Shown here one piece after another: positions 39,966 to 50,369 of a stretch of DNA of 64,000 nt. Origin of the DNA: an uncultured virus (IMG/VR IMGVR_UViG_3300022555_000047) (lineage: Duplodnaviria; Heunggongvirae; Uroviricota; Caudoviricetes); IMG/VR virus record IMGVR_UViG_3300022555_000047. One strand, 5' to 3'. Positions within the stretch are counted from its first letter, which is position 1, and every line of letters begins with the position of its first letter. Below the pieces are notes generated by a model. The model made no database searches. It was not told the DNA's origin and saw only the letters and a program-made list of their open reading frames with translations. The translations under genes were made by a program, and so were the position numbers.

Positions 39966-41345
39966 TTAGTTAAAGGTGTTGTTTGGAGCTGTCGTGAATG
40001 TAGATGTCATGATTTGCACGTCGACAAGCATTGGAGCTTGGTCGTTGAAGACTTTAATTCCGTAAGTGAACCATGTGACAAAGTCCCAACCGACACGACC
40101 GGAGTTGTTAGAACCGGAAGCAGGATTGGATTGCAGGATTTCCAAGTCTGGGCCGTACTGTAGAACAACAGCAATTGATTTGTTGACTCCGAAGATATTG
40201 TGTTGAACTTGGGCAGTTGTCGTCCAGATGTTTCCACCGGCAGTCATACTCTTGTAAACTGGCACGTTTCCGAATCCTTTAACAGTTACGTTCAATACAG
40301 TTGCTACAGAAGAATTTGCGGCCACACTCAAGTTTGATAGGAATTTTATCTGTGTGGTTGTCAATGAACTTTTTACCCAAGGCACATAGCCGGTTGTCGC
40401 AGTATTCGCGATTTGAGTATAAGGAGCGGAGAGAGCGGCGATCACGTTTGCGATGGTATCAGCGGCCGCTGTTCCGACTACAAGTTCTCCCGGGTTGGTT
40501 GGAGTTGCTACAAACTTAAATTTCAATGCTTGAGATACTGCACTTCCGCCAATGGTCTGGGTTACCCCATAAAGAAGTGTGAAGTAATCATTTGCGGTTG
40601 GATTCGTGGTAAGGACAAGCTGTCCAGTCCATGCGAGGTTATTGGAAACGTACAAGTTAAATCCGAAGTATTTTCCAACATATCCGGAGTTGGAAACGTT
40701 ATCGCCCAATTGAGTGGTCTTTCCACCAAGGTATTGCACGAGGATTGAGTAGAACTGAGGTGAAACGATAGCCACTGGCATATTTACTTGTCTGTCGAGT
40801 TTGAAGTCTCCAGAGAATTGTGCCGTTGGGTCGTAGATAACATTTGACAATCGAAGAGCAGTTTCAGCGGCCGCACAGACAGTGATCACGTTCGAAATTG
40901 ACAGTGCAATTCCATTTCCGGCAGTTCCACCAATCGAACCATCGTCAACAGTATTCCCGGCATAAGAATATGCCTGATAGAGAACATCTGCATCGAGTTG
41001 CAAGAACAAGTTATTCATCGCCTTGCGAGCTTTTCGAATCTGGAGAGGCAAGTTTGCTTGGAATTTATCGAGCTTTTTAATGTAGAACGAAACATCTTTG
41101 ACGTAGTTGATGATGATGTATTCGTCGGAATCAGTCCATGCTTGGTTGTTGTAACCACCATCGCCTCCCATGTCTTCGACAACGAAGTCGGAGTCATAAG
41201 TTCTGTGTAATTTCTGACCTTTTTCAAGCATTGGCTTTAGGGATTCATCCGCGATTGCCTTATAAGAAGGAGTCTTGTAGTGAGTGAGTTGGTACTCATT
41301 CTCCCAAGTCTCCTTAAAATTATTTGTATTTGGATTAGCGCTCAT
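39966..41345 (-). CDS. major capsid protein, phage B (P22 coat-like with an insertion)
   Basis: After scaffold; GYVGKYFGFNLYVSNNL, YGIKVF. Confidence 0.8.
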   Translation of the reverse strand: MSANPNTNNFKETWENEYQLTHYKTPSYKAIADESLKPMLEKGQKLHRTYDSDFVVEDMGGDGGYNNQAWTDSDEYIIINYVKDVSFYIKKLDKFQANLPLQIRKARKAMNNLFLQLDADVLYQAYSYAGNTVDDGSIGGTAGNGIALSISNVITVCAAAETALRLSNVIYDPTAQFSGDFKLDRQVNMPVAIVSPQFYSILVQYLGGKTTQLGDNVSNSGYVGKYFGFNLYVSNNLAWTGQLVLTTNPTANDYFTLLYGVTQTIGGSAVSQALKFKFVATPTNPGELVVGTAAADTIANVIAALSAPYTQIANTATTGYVPWVKSSLTTTQIKFLSNLSVAANSSVATVLNVTVKGFGNVPVYKSMTAGGNIWTTTAQVQHNIFGVNKSIAVVLQYGPDLEILQSNPASGSNNSGRVGWDFVTWFTYGIKVFNDQAPMLVDVQIMTSTFTTAPNNTFN

Positions 41346-41402
41346 AAAATTATTTTTAATATTAAAGTTTAATAATATGAGTCAATCCCAGAAGAAACAG
41401 GG

Positions 41403-42389
41403 TTATATACGATCGTCCACCGGTTCGCTTAAATTATCCATTCCCTCCATTGCCCGAGCCGCGCGCTTTTCATATTCTCGAATATCTTTCACGCTTGCAT
41501 TTTTTTTCAGAGGTTTGTTTTCATTTTCTTCTTCCTTTTTATTTCCTCTGCCTTGCGTTCTGCTCGTTTCCATTCCTTTTGTTTTTTCTCCACCGAAGAT
41601 GTTTTCAAATCTTGAGCGGTTTTTATAAAGAATAAAATCGAGTGGGTATGGGTCTAGAATTTCTTTACCAGTGGTCTTATCTGTCATTACTTTTCCTCCA
41701 ATATTTGGAGTGTGGGATAATCTATACATCAGTTTTCTTGCTTCCGTTATCTCTTCGTCTGATGCGTCAGGAAACTCTTTACGTAGACTCTTGTCGACGG
41801 GCTTCCATTCAGTTTGGAAATCATCCTTAATGGGAGCGTTCTCTTCTTTTTCGGATAATTTTTCCTCGAGCTTCGCAAGTTTTTCCTCTAGGCCTTTCGT
41901 TTTTCCATCGGAGACTTCTTTCATGAGTGCCATTATCTTTTTGAGTCCCTCTGGGTTTTCGACTCCGATTTCCTTTGCGAGTGCTTCGGTTCGTTTTGCA
42001 AAGTCATCTGGAATCTCGTCGGCTTTTTTCCCTCCACTCTTAGTGATTTCCTCGAGCTTTCGATTCGCTTCTCGAAGATCACTACGCAGTTGATTAAACT
42101 GTTTGAAGGATATCCCTTTTTTCTTATGGGATTGACCCTCTTCCTCGTCTTCCTCTTCTTCTTCGTCCTCGTCTTCATCCTTTTCTTCATCTTCTTCTTC
42201 ATCTTCCGAGTCCTCATCCTCTTCTTCGTCAGGTTCTTCATCGACTTCTTCTTCGTCGATGTCTTCCTCTTCGGAGTCCAATTCTGAGTCTTTGCCTTTT
42301 ACGCGCTCGGAGTGTGGCGTTATTCCGAGTTTTTTCATCTCTTCCTCTTGAGTAGCCCTAGCTGATTTATTCTCATCATTTTCACTCAT
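41403..42389 (-). CDS. scaffolding protein with long acidic tract
   Basis: D/E run then ISFKQFNQLR coiled coil, directly upstream of the capsid gene. Confidence 0.7.
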   Translation of the reverse strand: MSENDENKSARATQEEEMKKLGITPHSERVKGKDSELDSEEEDIDEEEVDEEPDEEEDEDSEDEEEDEEKDEDEDEEEEEDEEEGQSHKKKGISFKQFNQLRSDLREANRKLEEITKSGGKKADEIPDDFAKRTEALAKEIGVENPEGLKKIMALMKEVSDGKTKGLEEKLAKLEEKLSEKEENAPIKDDFQTEWKPVDKSLRKEFPDASDEEITEARKLMYRLSHTPNIGGKVMTDKTTGKEILDPYPLDFILYKNRSRFENIFGGEKTKGMETSRTQGRGNKKEEENENKPLKKNASVKDIREYEKRAARAMEGMDNLSEPVDDRI

Positions 42390-42523
42390 ATCGAATGCTC
42401 CTTTTTACAAGTTGCTGACCCTTGGTATGCGTTATGGTTCCGGCATACTCGGATAATTGGTACTGACTAGGCACCATGCCTGCTCTTTAGTGACTTAATC
42501 AAGACTAGAGAGCAGATTGATAC

Positions 42524-42805
42524 TTACTCTTCGATTCTATTAACGATTTGATTCTTTTCTGCTTCTCCAAAACTATCAGCTGATTCTTTCCAGTTTTCGC
42601 CATTAGATTTCTCATCAAATATTCTGTCTTCCTCGTTTCGTACCTTGAAAATAATTTTGGTTATTTCCTTTTTATCAGAAATTTCCTTAATGAAACCATC
42701 AGTAATTGCTTCCGCAATTTCTTCTTCAGTCTCATTCTCTGGGATGAATTCATCACCTTTCTTCAAATCTCCGAACTTTTTTAAAACTTTATATTTTTTT
42801 TCCAT
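42524..42805 (-). CDS. hypothetical head-module protein
   Basis: YKVLKKFGDLKKGD...GFIKEI. Confidence 0.5.
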   Translation of the reverse strand: MEKKYKVLKKFGDLKKGDEFIPENETEEEIAEAITDGFIKEISDKKEITKIIFKVRNEEDRIFDEKSNGENWKESADSFGEAEKNQIVNRIEE

Positions 42806-43183
42806 AATATTTTTTCTTTTATAATTACTCGACCTTTTATAATTTATTCATCGTCATCGTCAGAGTCATCGTCGTCCATTGCATCGCTTGTATCTGCATC
42901 TGGGCCGACGTCCGCAGGATCTTCGTCTGTTGCTGAGTTTACTGGTGGATCTGTCCATCCAGTATGTATTGATGGGTATGACATAAAATTAATATCCAAC
43001 CCCGACACCATTTGAGCCACCCTTTTTTTGCGCTCGACTCATCGCTTTTCCATAGCTGTCTCTTTGGCTCATTTGTTTTTTTGAAGTTGCACGTGGAAGA
43101 AGTTTTTTGACAGTTGTCAAATTCTTTTTCTTTCCTTGTTTTGTTTTAGTTTTGTATGGTTGCATAAATATATTATATAATTT

Positions 43184-43579
43184 TTAATAAATTGGTGTCA
43201 AACTATAAGCCACTCCTGCTTTCTGTGCATAACTCAACACCATCTTATCGACCTCCTTTGTTATTTTTGATGGATCTTCTCCTACTGCATCAAGTGTGAA
43301 TGTTGCCCAGTCCATGGCGGCGAAACAGTACGCTCTCTCTTTGTCTGTCATCTCCATTGCTATCGTCGGGTTGGTTAATTTCTCTAAACAATTTTTATAT
43401 CTCTCGAGTGCTTTGTGGATTATTTCTTGAGTCTTTGGTTGCTCTCGGTATATCTGAAGCTCACGAGCACGTTCGTCGAGTTCTTCTATTTCTACTAGAG
43501 CGAGAAGAGACTCATTGTCGCTATAACTATTATATAAATTTCGAAGTCTTTGAATATATTTTTGTGATTCTTGAGTCAT
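43184..43579 (-). CDS. hypothetical protein after portal
   Basis: Helical ORF 2 nt after the portal stop. Confidence 0.5.
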   Translation of the reverse strand: MTQESQKYIQRLRNLYNSYSDNESLLALVEIEELDERARELQIYREQPKTQEIIHKALERYKNCLEKLTNPTIAMEMTDKERAYCFAAMDWATFTLDAVGEDPSKITKEVDKMVLSYAQKAGVAYSLTPIY

Positions 43580-43580
43580 T

Positions 43581-45605
43581 TTATTTCATTACTTCGGCGG
43601 CTCTTTTAGCTCCACCGGCTACTGATAATTTTGGCATTACTTTTGGAGGAAGAGGTTTCTTCTCCGGTGTTGGGTTTTGTTCTGGTTGAATTGGTTTTCC
43701 GTCTGGCCCGACTTGTGGTTGAGGTGGAGCAGTCTTCGCTTGCATCATCATGTTGCCCTCTACTATTTTCGACATCACTTCAAGTAATTGTCCGAACTCT
43801 TCTTCTTTTCCCATCACATGATTTTTGTGGTCTGTTAAATAGTTATGCAAATAATTTAAATATGCGAGGTCTGCTCCGTAGTAAATATCAGGAGTCTTTC
43901 CGAGTAATACATCTTGAATATTTTCTGATGCGTGGGCAATTTGTTTTTTTGATATCTCTCCTTTTGTGTCGAGCAAAAACATTATCTCGTCTTCGGAGAA
44001 TTGTCCGATGTCTCGGTAGATAGTTTCCTTTTCGTATTTTGTAAGATTTGGATTTTCTGTCACCATTTTTAGTGCATTCATTCGAGCATCTTTTTTCATA
44101 ATGTCTGCCTGTTCCTGTTCAGCTGTTGAGGTGACGGATATTCCGATGTCTCCGGCTTCTCTTACTTCGATGCGTGTTAATTCTGCTTGATCTGTAAATC
44201 CATTTTCTCCGATCATCTGCACTGATAATTTCAACGGCATGAATTCTTTTAATCCCTCGAGGAATGTTTGGCCTAACTGTGCATAGCATTCTTTGAATGA
44301 GTCAGCACGTAGTCCGATTCTCTTTGATTGTTTTTGTTGCTGTGATAGTTGTATCGATATTTTTTGTTTGCCTGCTCCGGGTTGCATTTCGTCTGTTCCA
44401 ACTTTGTCAGAGGTATAAGCAGAGAGCCAATTGACAAGGTCAATCGTTCCTTTTAATTCTGGAGTTTGGAATTCATAAATTCCGTTTGCGATTTGTTTTG
44501 CTCCTCCCATTGTATTTGCCGGAACGAGAGTGTCGGGACGATATTGTGCGGCATCTAGTTTCGCAACATCTGTGAACATGTCTTTATCGAATGCTCGTCC
44601 GTGAAAATTCTTTTTTTCTCGGTTAGTAAGTTCTTGGTTAACCATTATGATAACTGCATCAGCGACTCCATAAAAATCATCAGCAAATGATTTGCTCCAG
44701 AAGTTTTTATCATCTTCGTGGGTAGCCCAAGACTTCCACGGATATTTTTTATTCTTTCCTTTTTTATTTGTCCATGGTTTGCAGTATACCCATTCACCTG
44801 AACAAGGTTCGAAGACTACGTTGTATCGTGTGCCATCGTCATCGTGAACGATAAAATCACAAAGATTATAAATTTTATCTCCTGAGAAACTATTCGTCTG
44901 TGGATCGAAGCCAAGCGCTCGCCATCTTTCAAACTTTGTGCCGTATGCTGTTTCGAGTGTAGTGAATTCTTCACTTGCCCATGAAAATGTTTTTAATTTT
45001 TTTACTTGTGTCTTGTCGTATTTAGAATTCTTTTCGAGTTCATATTCAGAAACAAAGCATCCCTCTTTTCCTGCGAACGAATGTCTTTCGAGTAGTCCAC
45101 CTCCGAGTGGTTGACAGTGGAAGTCTGAATAATTTACCACATTTAATACGTTTGTGTATTCAGGGTCATTGAATGCATACTCTTCTAAATTTCCACGTCC
45201 TGATAAAACTGCATTGAACCTATCTGTTCGTGCTTTGTAGTTCCACATTGCGTTTGGAGTCATGCTATCTTTTTCTTCTTCCCAGTGTGCTTGTATTTTT
45301 GGTACGACTAAATATTTCGCAGGATTTTTTGCGTTGAATTTTATTTTTACTTCATCATTAAATTGTGCGAGCAGTTCGTCAACCATTCCAGAAAATATTG
45401 GAGGGATGACATTAAACATCTGACGAAGTTTTGGAGGCACGTCGTTGTTGTAGAGTGCTTCGTAAAGTGCGATGCGTTCCATTCTTCGCTGTTTATAAAT
45501 TTGAGATGAGACTAAAAGTTTTCTAGCTTTTATAGTTAGACGTTCTTCTAAACTTTTTTCTTCTTCCTTAGTGTCCGAATTTTTATTTTCTTCTTCGGAT
45601 GCCAT
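43581..45605 (-). CDS. portal protein, phage B
   Basis: 674 aa directly after TerL; FWSKSFADD; P/Q-rich tail. Confidence 0.8.
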   Translation of the reverse strand: MASEEENKNSDTKEEEKSLEERLTIKARKLLVSSQIYKQRRMERIALYEALYNNDVPPKLRQMFNVIPPIFSGMVDELLAQFNDEVKIKFNAKNPAKYLVVPKIQAHWEEEKDSMTPNAMWNYKARTDRFNAVLSGRGNLEEYAFNDPEYTNVLNVVNYSDFHCQPLGGGLLERHSFAGKEGCFVSEYELEKNSKYDKTQVKKLKTFSWASEEFTTLETAYGTKFERWRALGFDPQTNSFSGDKIYNLCDFIVHDDDGTRYNVVFEPCSGEWVYCKPWTNKKGKNKKYPWKSWATHEDDKNFWSKSFADDFYGVADAVIIMVNQELTNREKKNFHGRAFDKDMFTDVAKLDAAQYRPDTLVPANTMGGAKQIANGIYEFQTPELKGTIDLVNWLSAYTSDKVGTDEMQPGAGKQKISIQLSQQQKQSKRIGLRADSFKECYAQLGQTFLEGLKEFMPLKLSVQMIGENGFTDQAELTRIEVREAGDIGISVTSTAEQEQADIMKKDARMNALKMVTENPNLTKYEKETIYRDIGQFSEDEIMFLLDTKGEISKKQIAHASENIQDVLLGKTPDIYYGADLAYLNYLHNYLTDHKNHVMGKEEEFGQLLEVMSKIVEGNMMMQAKTAPPQPQVGPDGKPIQPEQNPTPEKKPLPPKVMPKLSVAGGAKRAAEVMK

Positions 45606-45646
45606 GTTATTTTTATAATAGCATATTTTTTATTTGCAATATATGC

Positions 45647-45658
45647 CTGTGGATAACT
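45647..45658 (-). promoter_or_regulatory. AGTTATCCACAG element (contains DnaA-box consensus) upstream of the portal promoter
   Basis: Followed 7 nt later by TTGCAA. Confidence 0.6.
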
Positions 45659-45738
45659 ATTTTATAAAACTTAATATGTGGGCGACGACATCCACATTGA
45701 AAGCATTTAAACTTAAAACTTTTATTTTCTTTTTCATA

Positions 45739-47088
45739 TTAATTTAACCCCGGTGTTTGATATGGAGTATCCGACACGTACTCCTCTTGTCTATTTGCTT
45801 TGCGTTCTTGTAAAAATGCTAATCTGTTTTTGCTTGGCCCGACGATGGTTGGTTTTATCTCTGCGTGTTTCCCTACTGATGCACTGTTGATACTTGGAGT
45901 TTCGTATGGTGTTTCGGGAACGTAGGCATCTTCTGGCTCTGCATCAGGTATTAAATCGGCTATTGCGTAGCGTATAGCGTCCATAGCGTGGTTATTTATA
46001 TCAATTGGGTCATTTGTCACTCTTCCGTCGACATCTTTCAAATAAACGTAAGTCCTGTATTCTTTCCACCCGTGAACTGATCGCTTTGTCATCCATATCT
46101 TTCGGCTCTTCACTGCATCGATTCCGTGTTGAATACTTCCCTTTCCTTTTTTACTTCCAATAATCAATACTCCGTGCATTGCTATTTCTGCGATACTCTT
46201 CGGCTCTGCGCTGTCTCCGATGGTGAGCGGTTGATTTCTTCCGATTTGTTTTGCTATTTCATTATTAAATAATCCTTTCTGATATAAAACTTCATCGAGA
46301 ATAAACCCTCCGTTCCATTCGCAAATATCAAACAGTGCCGTCGGGTCATTTGTGTATCCGAAGTCAAGTCCTTTTCGAACGAGTCTTGCTTCCTTTGGTA
46401 TCTCGTCAATCATATCCCATCCTTTGTAAACATTCTCTTCGTTCTCTCCATCGAGCCCGAGTCCATAAACTGTCCACCATGATTTATTGTGTTTGTGCGA
46501 TTCAATTTCTTGCACAGTCGTTTGGTCTAGTGCTTCATTGTCTTTGTAGGTTAGTGTTATATAATCCACGTCATCTCTGTGTGGAAGTATTTCTGTGTGA
46601 AACCAAAACGGAGCACTCGGGTTCCAGTCCATCCATACTGTTTTTCTTGTACGTGCCATCAGCTGATCTACTATCTCCCATGGTAGTGGGTTGCATTCAT
46701 TTAAAAATAAAACATCACGACGTGGGCCGTGTGCTTTTGAGTAGGTGTCTACCGACATAAATTCTAAAATGTTCCCCGTTTCGAATGTATAAAAATTCTT
46801 ACTTGCATTCCATTGGTTGTCATCCCAATAACCTGCGTCTTGCATTATGTTTTTAAAATCTCGGATTGCTCCGAGTGAGAGGTGAGGAAATGATTCGGAT
46901 GCCACTGTGATTATTTCTTTTTGTCCACACGAAGTATTGCAGTAATCAATACACCATATTAAAATAGAAATTGTCTTCGATGCTGACGTTCCTCCTTTCA
47001 CTGCACGAATTCTTTTTGTCAGTGCAAATATTTTTTCTGTTGCAGTTGTGTCTTTGTATATTTTATTTTTTGCGAGATTTTCCTCCAT
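45739..47088 (-). CDS. terL: terminase large subunit (PBSX family), phage B
   Basis: GGTSASKT, GPRRDVLFLNE, DWNPS, GLDFGYTNDP, DSAEPKSI, NHAMDAIRY. Confidence 0.95.
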   Translation of the reverse strand: MEENLAKNKIYKDTTATEKIFALTKRIRAVKGGTSASKTISILIWCIDYCNTSCGQKEIITVASESFPHLSLGAIRDFKNIMQDAGYWDDNQWNASKNFYTFETGNILEFMSVDTYSKAHGPRRDVLFLNECNPLPWEIVDQLMARTRKTVWMDWNPSAPFWFHTEILPHRDDVDYITLTYKDNEALDQTTVQEIESHKHNKSWWTVYGLGLDGENEENVYKGWDMIDEIPKEARLVRKGLDFGYTNDPTALFDICEWNGGFILDEVLYQKGLFNNEIAKQIGRNQPLTIGDSAEPKSIAEIAMHGVLIIGSKKGKGSIQHGIDAVKSRKIWMTKRSVHGWKEYRTYVYLKDVDGRVTNDPIDINNHAMDAIRYAIADLIPDAEPEDAYVPETPYETPSINSASVGKHAEIKPTIVGPSKNRLAFLQERKANRQEEYVSDTPYQTPGLN

Positions 47089-47398
47089 AGATTGGAACTG
47101 GTTTTTCTCTTATTGATAAATCTAGGGTTGCTTTCGGCGCTCCCTCTTTTCTGTTTGATAGTGCTTCGAATGCTCTTACATCTCCTTGCTTTACGACTTG
47201 GTGTGCGAGTTTAACTATCATTGCTTTTTGTAAAGTTATTTTTTTCCCGTCGGTGTTTGTCATCATCTCATCAAAGACTTCATCGATTTCTGCCTTGAGA
47301 CTTTTGTATCCCTTTTTATTCTTTCCACCTTTACTGGCAAGTTCCTTTGATCTCTTATCGCCTTTTTTAAATTTTACTAATGTTGCTAAGTTTGACAT
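47063..47398 (-). CDS. terminase small subunit, phage B
   Basis: FKKGD...ASKGG, GDVRAFE..EG; overlaps TerL. Confidence 0.7.
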   Translation of the reverse strand: MSNLATLVKFKKGDKRSKELASKGGKNKKGYKSLKAEIDEVFDEMMTNTDGKKITLQKAMIVKLAHQVVKQGDVRAFEALSNRKEGAPKATLDLSIREKPVPIYGGKSRKK

Positions 47399-47415
47399 AT
47401 CTAACTATTTTCTCA

Positions 47416-48045
47416 CTATTCTAATAAATCTAAAACATCTTCTCTACAAATTGTCGGCTCTGGCATTCCATATAGAAGTGGCAAATCCATTATTTTTTCC
47501 CTTATCTCTTTTACTTTTTCGGCAACTGCATAAGGAATAGAATAGGAATTACAAACCATAGTAGCTTCTGCCGAACCTTCGTCATATCCAAGTTCTTTAG
47601 CTTCTTTTATAGCTTCACTTTGGGCTTGTTCTATGGCTTGGCGGAAAAGATATTTTAATTTAGTAAAAGCGGTTGCAGTATAATCTATAAGTTTATCGTG
47701 CCTTTCGTGAGTCCATTTTGGCTCTTTCCAAGTATTTACAATTTCATCAAACTCCTCCATCTTCTTACTGGTGAAGGAAGACGGCTCTGTTCTACTTATA
47801 GGATAGCCATCTACATTTTTGCCAAGTATTACTGTCTTTTCTTCCTGCGGAACTTTCTTATGACATTCACAATTATAATTATTACAACCTCCTCCAAGTT
47901 TATCTTTTAAATCACATTCCTCACAACACTTATGCGGAGTTTCGGGGATAGAATGATTATGCGGATATTCTATGCCACCACAAGTGGGGCAGGGATTATT
48001 TGGATAAGTTTTTCGCCCATACATATCTTGTTTATTTTGTTTCAT
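47416..48045 (-). CDS. mosaic hypothetical protein sharing blocks with 23209-23661
   Basis: Shared blocks plus unique Cys-rich segments. Confidence 0.6.
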   Translation of the reverse strand: MKQNKQDMYGRKTYPNNPCPTCGGIEYPHNHSIPETPHKCCEECDLKDKLGGGCNNYNCECHKKVPQEEKTVILGKNVDGYPISRTEPSSFTSKKMEEFDEIVNTWKEPKWTHERHDKLIDYTATAFTKLKYLFRQAIEQAQSEAIKEAKELGYDEGSAEATMVCNSYSIPYAVAEKVKEIREKIMDLPLLYGMPEPTICREDVLDLLE

Positions 48046-48379
48046 TATTCCTTAGTAAAATTAGTTAATCTTCTTTATAATTAAACTTACTTTCATCAAA
48101 AGGTTCTTCTTTTTCGTTGTGTTCGTTTAGCCAATCTTGTACTGTTTGGTAATAATCACGATATTCATTCACTGTAAGAAACACTCCACATTTACATTTT
48201 TTTATTAGTTCTTCCATATATTTTTAATTAAACTTATAATTACTTTGTTCCTATCCATAAAAATATTAAGTTGCTAATCGTGTAAGTGAATTGAAGAAGT
48301 CCGAGCGGTATTTTTTCTTTCGACAAAAACCATATACCGGCGCCGAGGCAGAGCAGAGTGTTTCCTATTAAAAAATAAT

Positions 48380-49372
48380 TTATTTGTCCCATGTGAATTT
48401 ATTTCCGAAGTGTCCCCATTGGGCAGTCGCTTCGTATTGTGGCTCTCTTAATTTTAATCGCTCGATGATTCCCTTTGGTGTCAAGTCGTATTCTTCTCCG
48501 GTAAATTTCCACGAGTCTTCGAGCAGATTGCATTTGATTCCGTCGATGTCGGCGGTTGCCATTACGGGTTGCGACACTCCGATGGCATAGGCTAATTTTA
48601 CTATAACTTCGTGTGCTTTGGTACGTTTCAGGATGTCTACTGCCACCTTTCGGGCCATATAAGTCCCACTCCTATCCACTTTCGTGGCATCTTTGCCTGA
48701 GAATGCTCCTCCTCCGATCGGTATTTGTGGCCCGTAGTTATCTACAGCGAGTTTTCTTCCGGTAACTCCCGTGTCTGCTTCGAAGCCACCCTGAGACCAG
48801 TCGCCTGCTGGGTTTATGTAAATTCTTTCTATTTTTTTTGGATTAAGTGCCATACAACTTTCCATCCATGTTTCTACTTTTGACTTAAGTCTATCAGTTG
48901 GGACATTTTGGAAACTTGCCACGATAGTATCTATAAATCCATCTTCGTTTAGTGTTATCTGAGTTTTGCCATCAAATGGATAAAAATGATATATAAATTT
49001 GCACAAACTTCTCGCTAGGTAAAGTTCTTGGGGTATCATATCCTCGTTATCGTTGCAAGCATATCCGACCATTATCCCTTGGTCTCCTGCTCCACCAGTG
49101 TCTACTCCATTCGCTATCTCGGGACTTTGTTGCACGACGTTTACTTGCACTCCATATTTATCTCCGACGATTTTCTTTGCGATTTCTCGCATGTCCACGT
49201 ATGCTTTGGTGGTGAGTTCGCCTGTGATAGTTATGATACCATGGCCACCCATTGTTTCGATGGCTACCCGACTGTTCGGGTCTTGTTCTAAACATGCATC
49301 CAATATTGCATCGCTTATTCTGTCGCATAATTTATCAGGGTGTTTTGGTGAAACTGATTCAGCTGTTTTCAT
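48380..49372 (-). CDS. metK: S-adenosylmethionine synthetase
   Basis: AESVSPKHPDKLCD, GAGDQG, DGKTQ, GGGAFSGKDATKVDRS. Confidence 0.95.
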   Translation of the reverse strand: MKTAESVSPKHPDKLCDRISDAILDACLEQDPNSRVAIETMGGHGIITITGELTTKAYVDMREIAKKIVGDKYGVQVNVVQQSPEIANGVDTGGAGDQGIMVGYACNDNEDMIPQELYLARSLCKFIYHFYPFDGKTQITLNEDGFIDTIVASFQNVPTDRLKSKVETWMESCMALNPKKIERIYINPAGDWSQGGFEADTGVTGRKLAVDNYGPQIPIGGGAFSGKDATKVDRSGTYMARKVAVDILKRTKAHEVIVKLAYAIGVSQPVMATADIDGIKCNLLEDSWKFTGEEYDLTPKGIIERLKLREPQYEATAQWGHFGNKFTWDK

Positions 49373-49513
49373 TTTGTTTTTTTTGAAATTGTTTTAATAC
49401 GTCTAGTAAATCTGTACCCATTACCATGTTTTTTTGGTCAATGGTCTGAACTAAATAATTTTGATTGCCGTCTTTCATGGCTTTCACCATGACAAAATCT
49501 TGCAATGAATTTA

Positions 49514-50369
49514 TTATTTCTTCCATTTAATTTGCTTTCCGTTTTTAATAATATCGTAACTTCCGACAAAGTCACAATAGCGCTGTACGCAAACATCCAC
49601 GTATTTCGGGTCGAGCTCCTGCCCGTAGCAAATTCTTCCAGTCTTCTCTGAAGCGATAAGAGTTGAACCCCCCCCCTAGGAAAGTATCAAGTACCACGTC
49701 TCCTCGCTTACTGGAGTTGATTATGGCCTCTACAACGAGGGATACTGGCTTCATGGTAGGGTGTTCGGCACTTCGGTTTGGCTTATCATGTCTCCATATA
49801 TCCGTGTGTTGTTTTCGTCTGATCACTTCCCCTTTTTCTACCTTACCTTTTATTTTAACTTTGAAACCTTGGAATTGGATGATTGTGTTCTCTCCGTCAA
49901 ATTCTGATTTTACTGTCGAGAGGTCTTCCCACACATTCGCTCCGTTCCGCGCCGTACAAAAATAATGTTTTAAAACTTTTTTTCCCCACCCGTAGAGGAT
50001 TGGCTCGTATGTGTTTTGGTAGTCGGCCCGGGAGAGGGTGAAGTTATTTTTTACCCATATGATAAAACTCTGCCAATGTCCTCCGGCTTTTTCGAATCCC
50101 TCTCTGAGTGAGTCGAGTTCACTTGAACTCATGCAAACATAAATTCCACCTGATGTATTGTTTATTATTGGAAGCATTGCATTATATAAAAACTCTTTGA
50201 AATTTTCCTTGCTCATCTTGTCGTTTTGGATTCCCTCTCGAGTTCCGAATCCTTTGTCGCCGTTTGCTCCTCCGGTGTAGTTTACGTTATACGGCGGATC
50301 AGTCCAAGTACATTGAGCCATTCTTTTTGTTTCAAATTCTGTTTTGCAATTTTTACAGGTTTTTAACAT
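49514..50369 (-). pseudogene. DNA methyltransferase catalytic half, frameshifted at a G9 tract
   Basis: TDPPY, HPTMKP, LDTFLGGG; removing one G gives GGGSTLIASEKTGRICYGQELDPKYVDV...WKK* ending at 49514. Confidence 0.75.
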
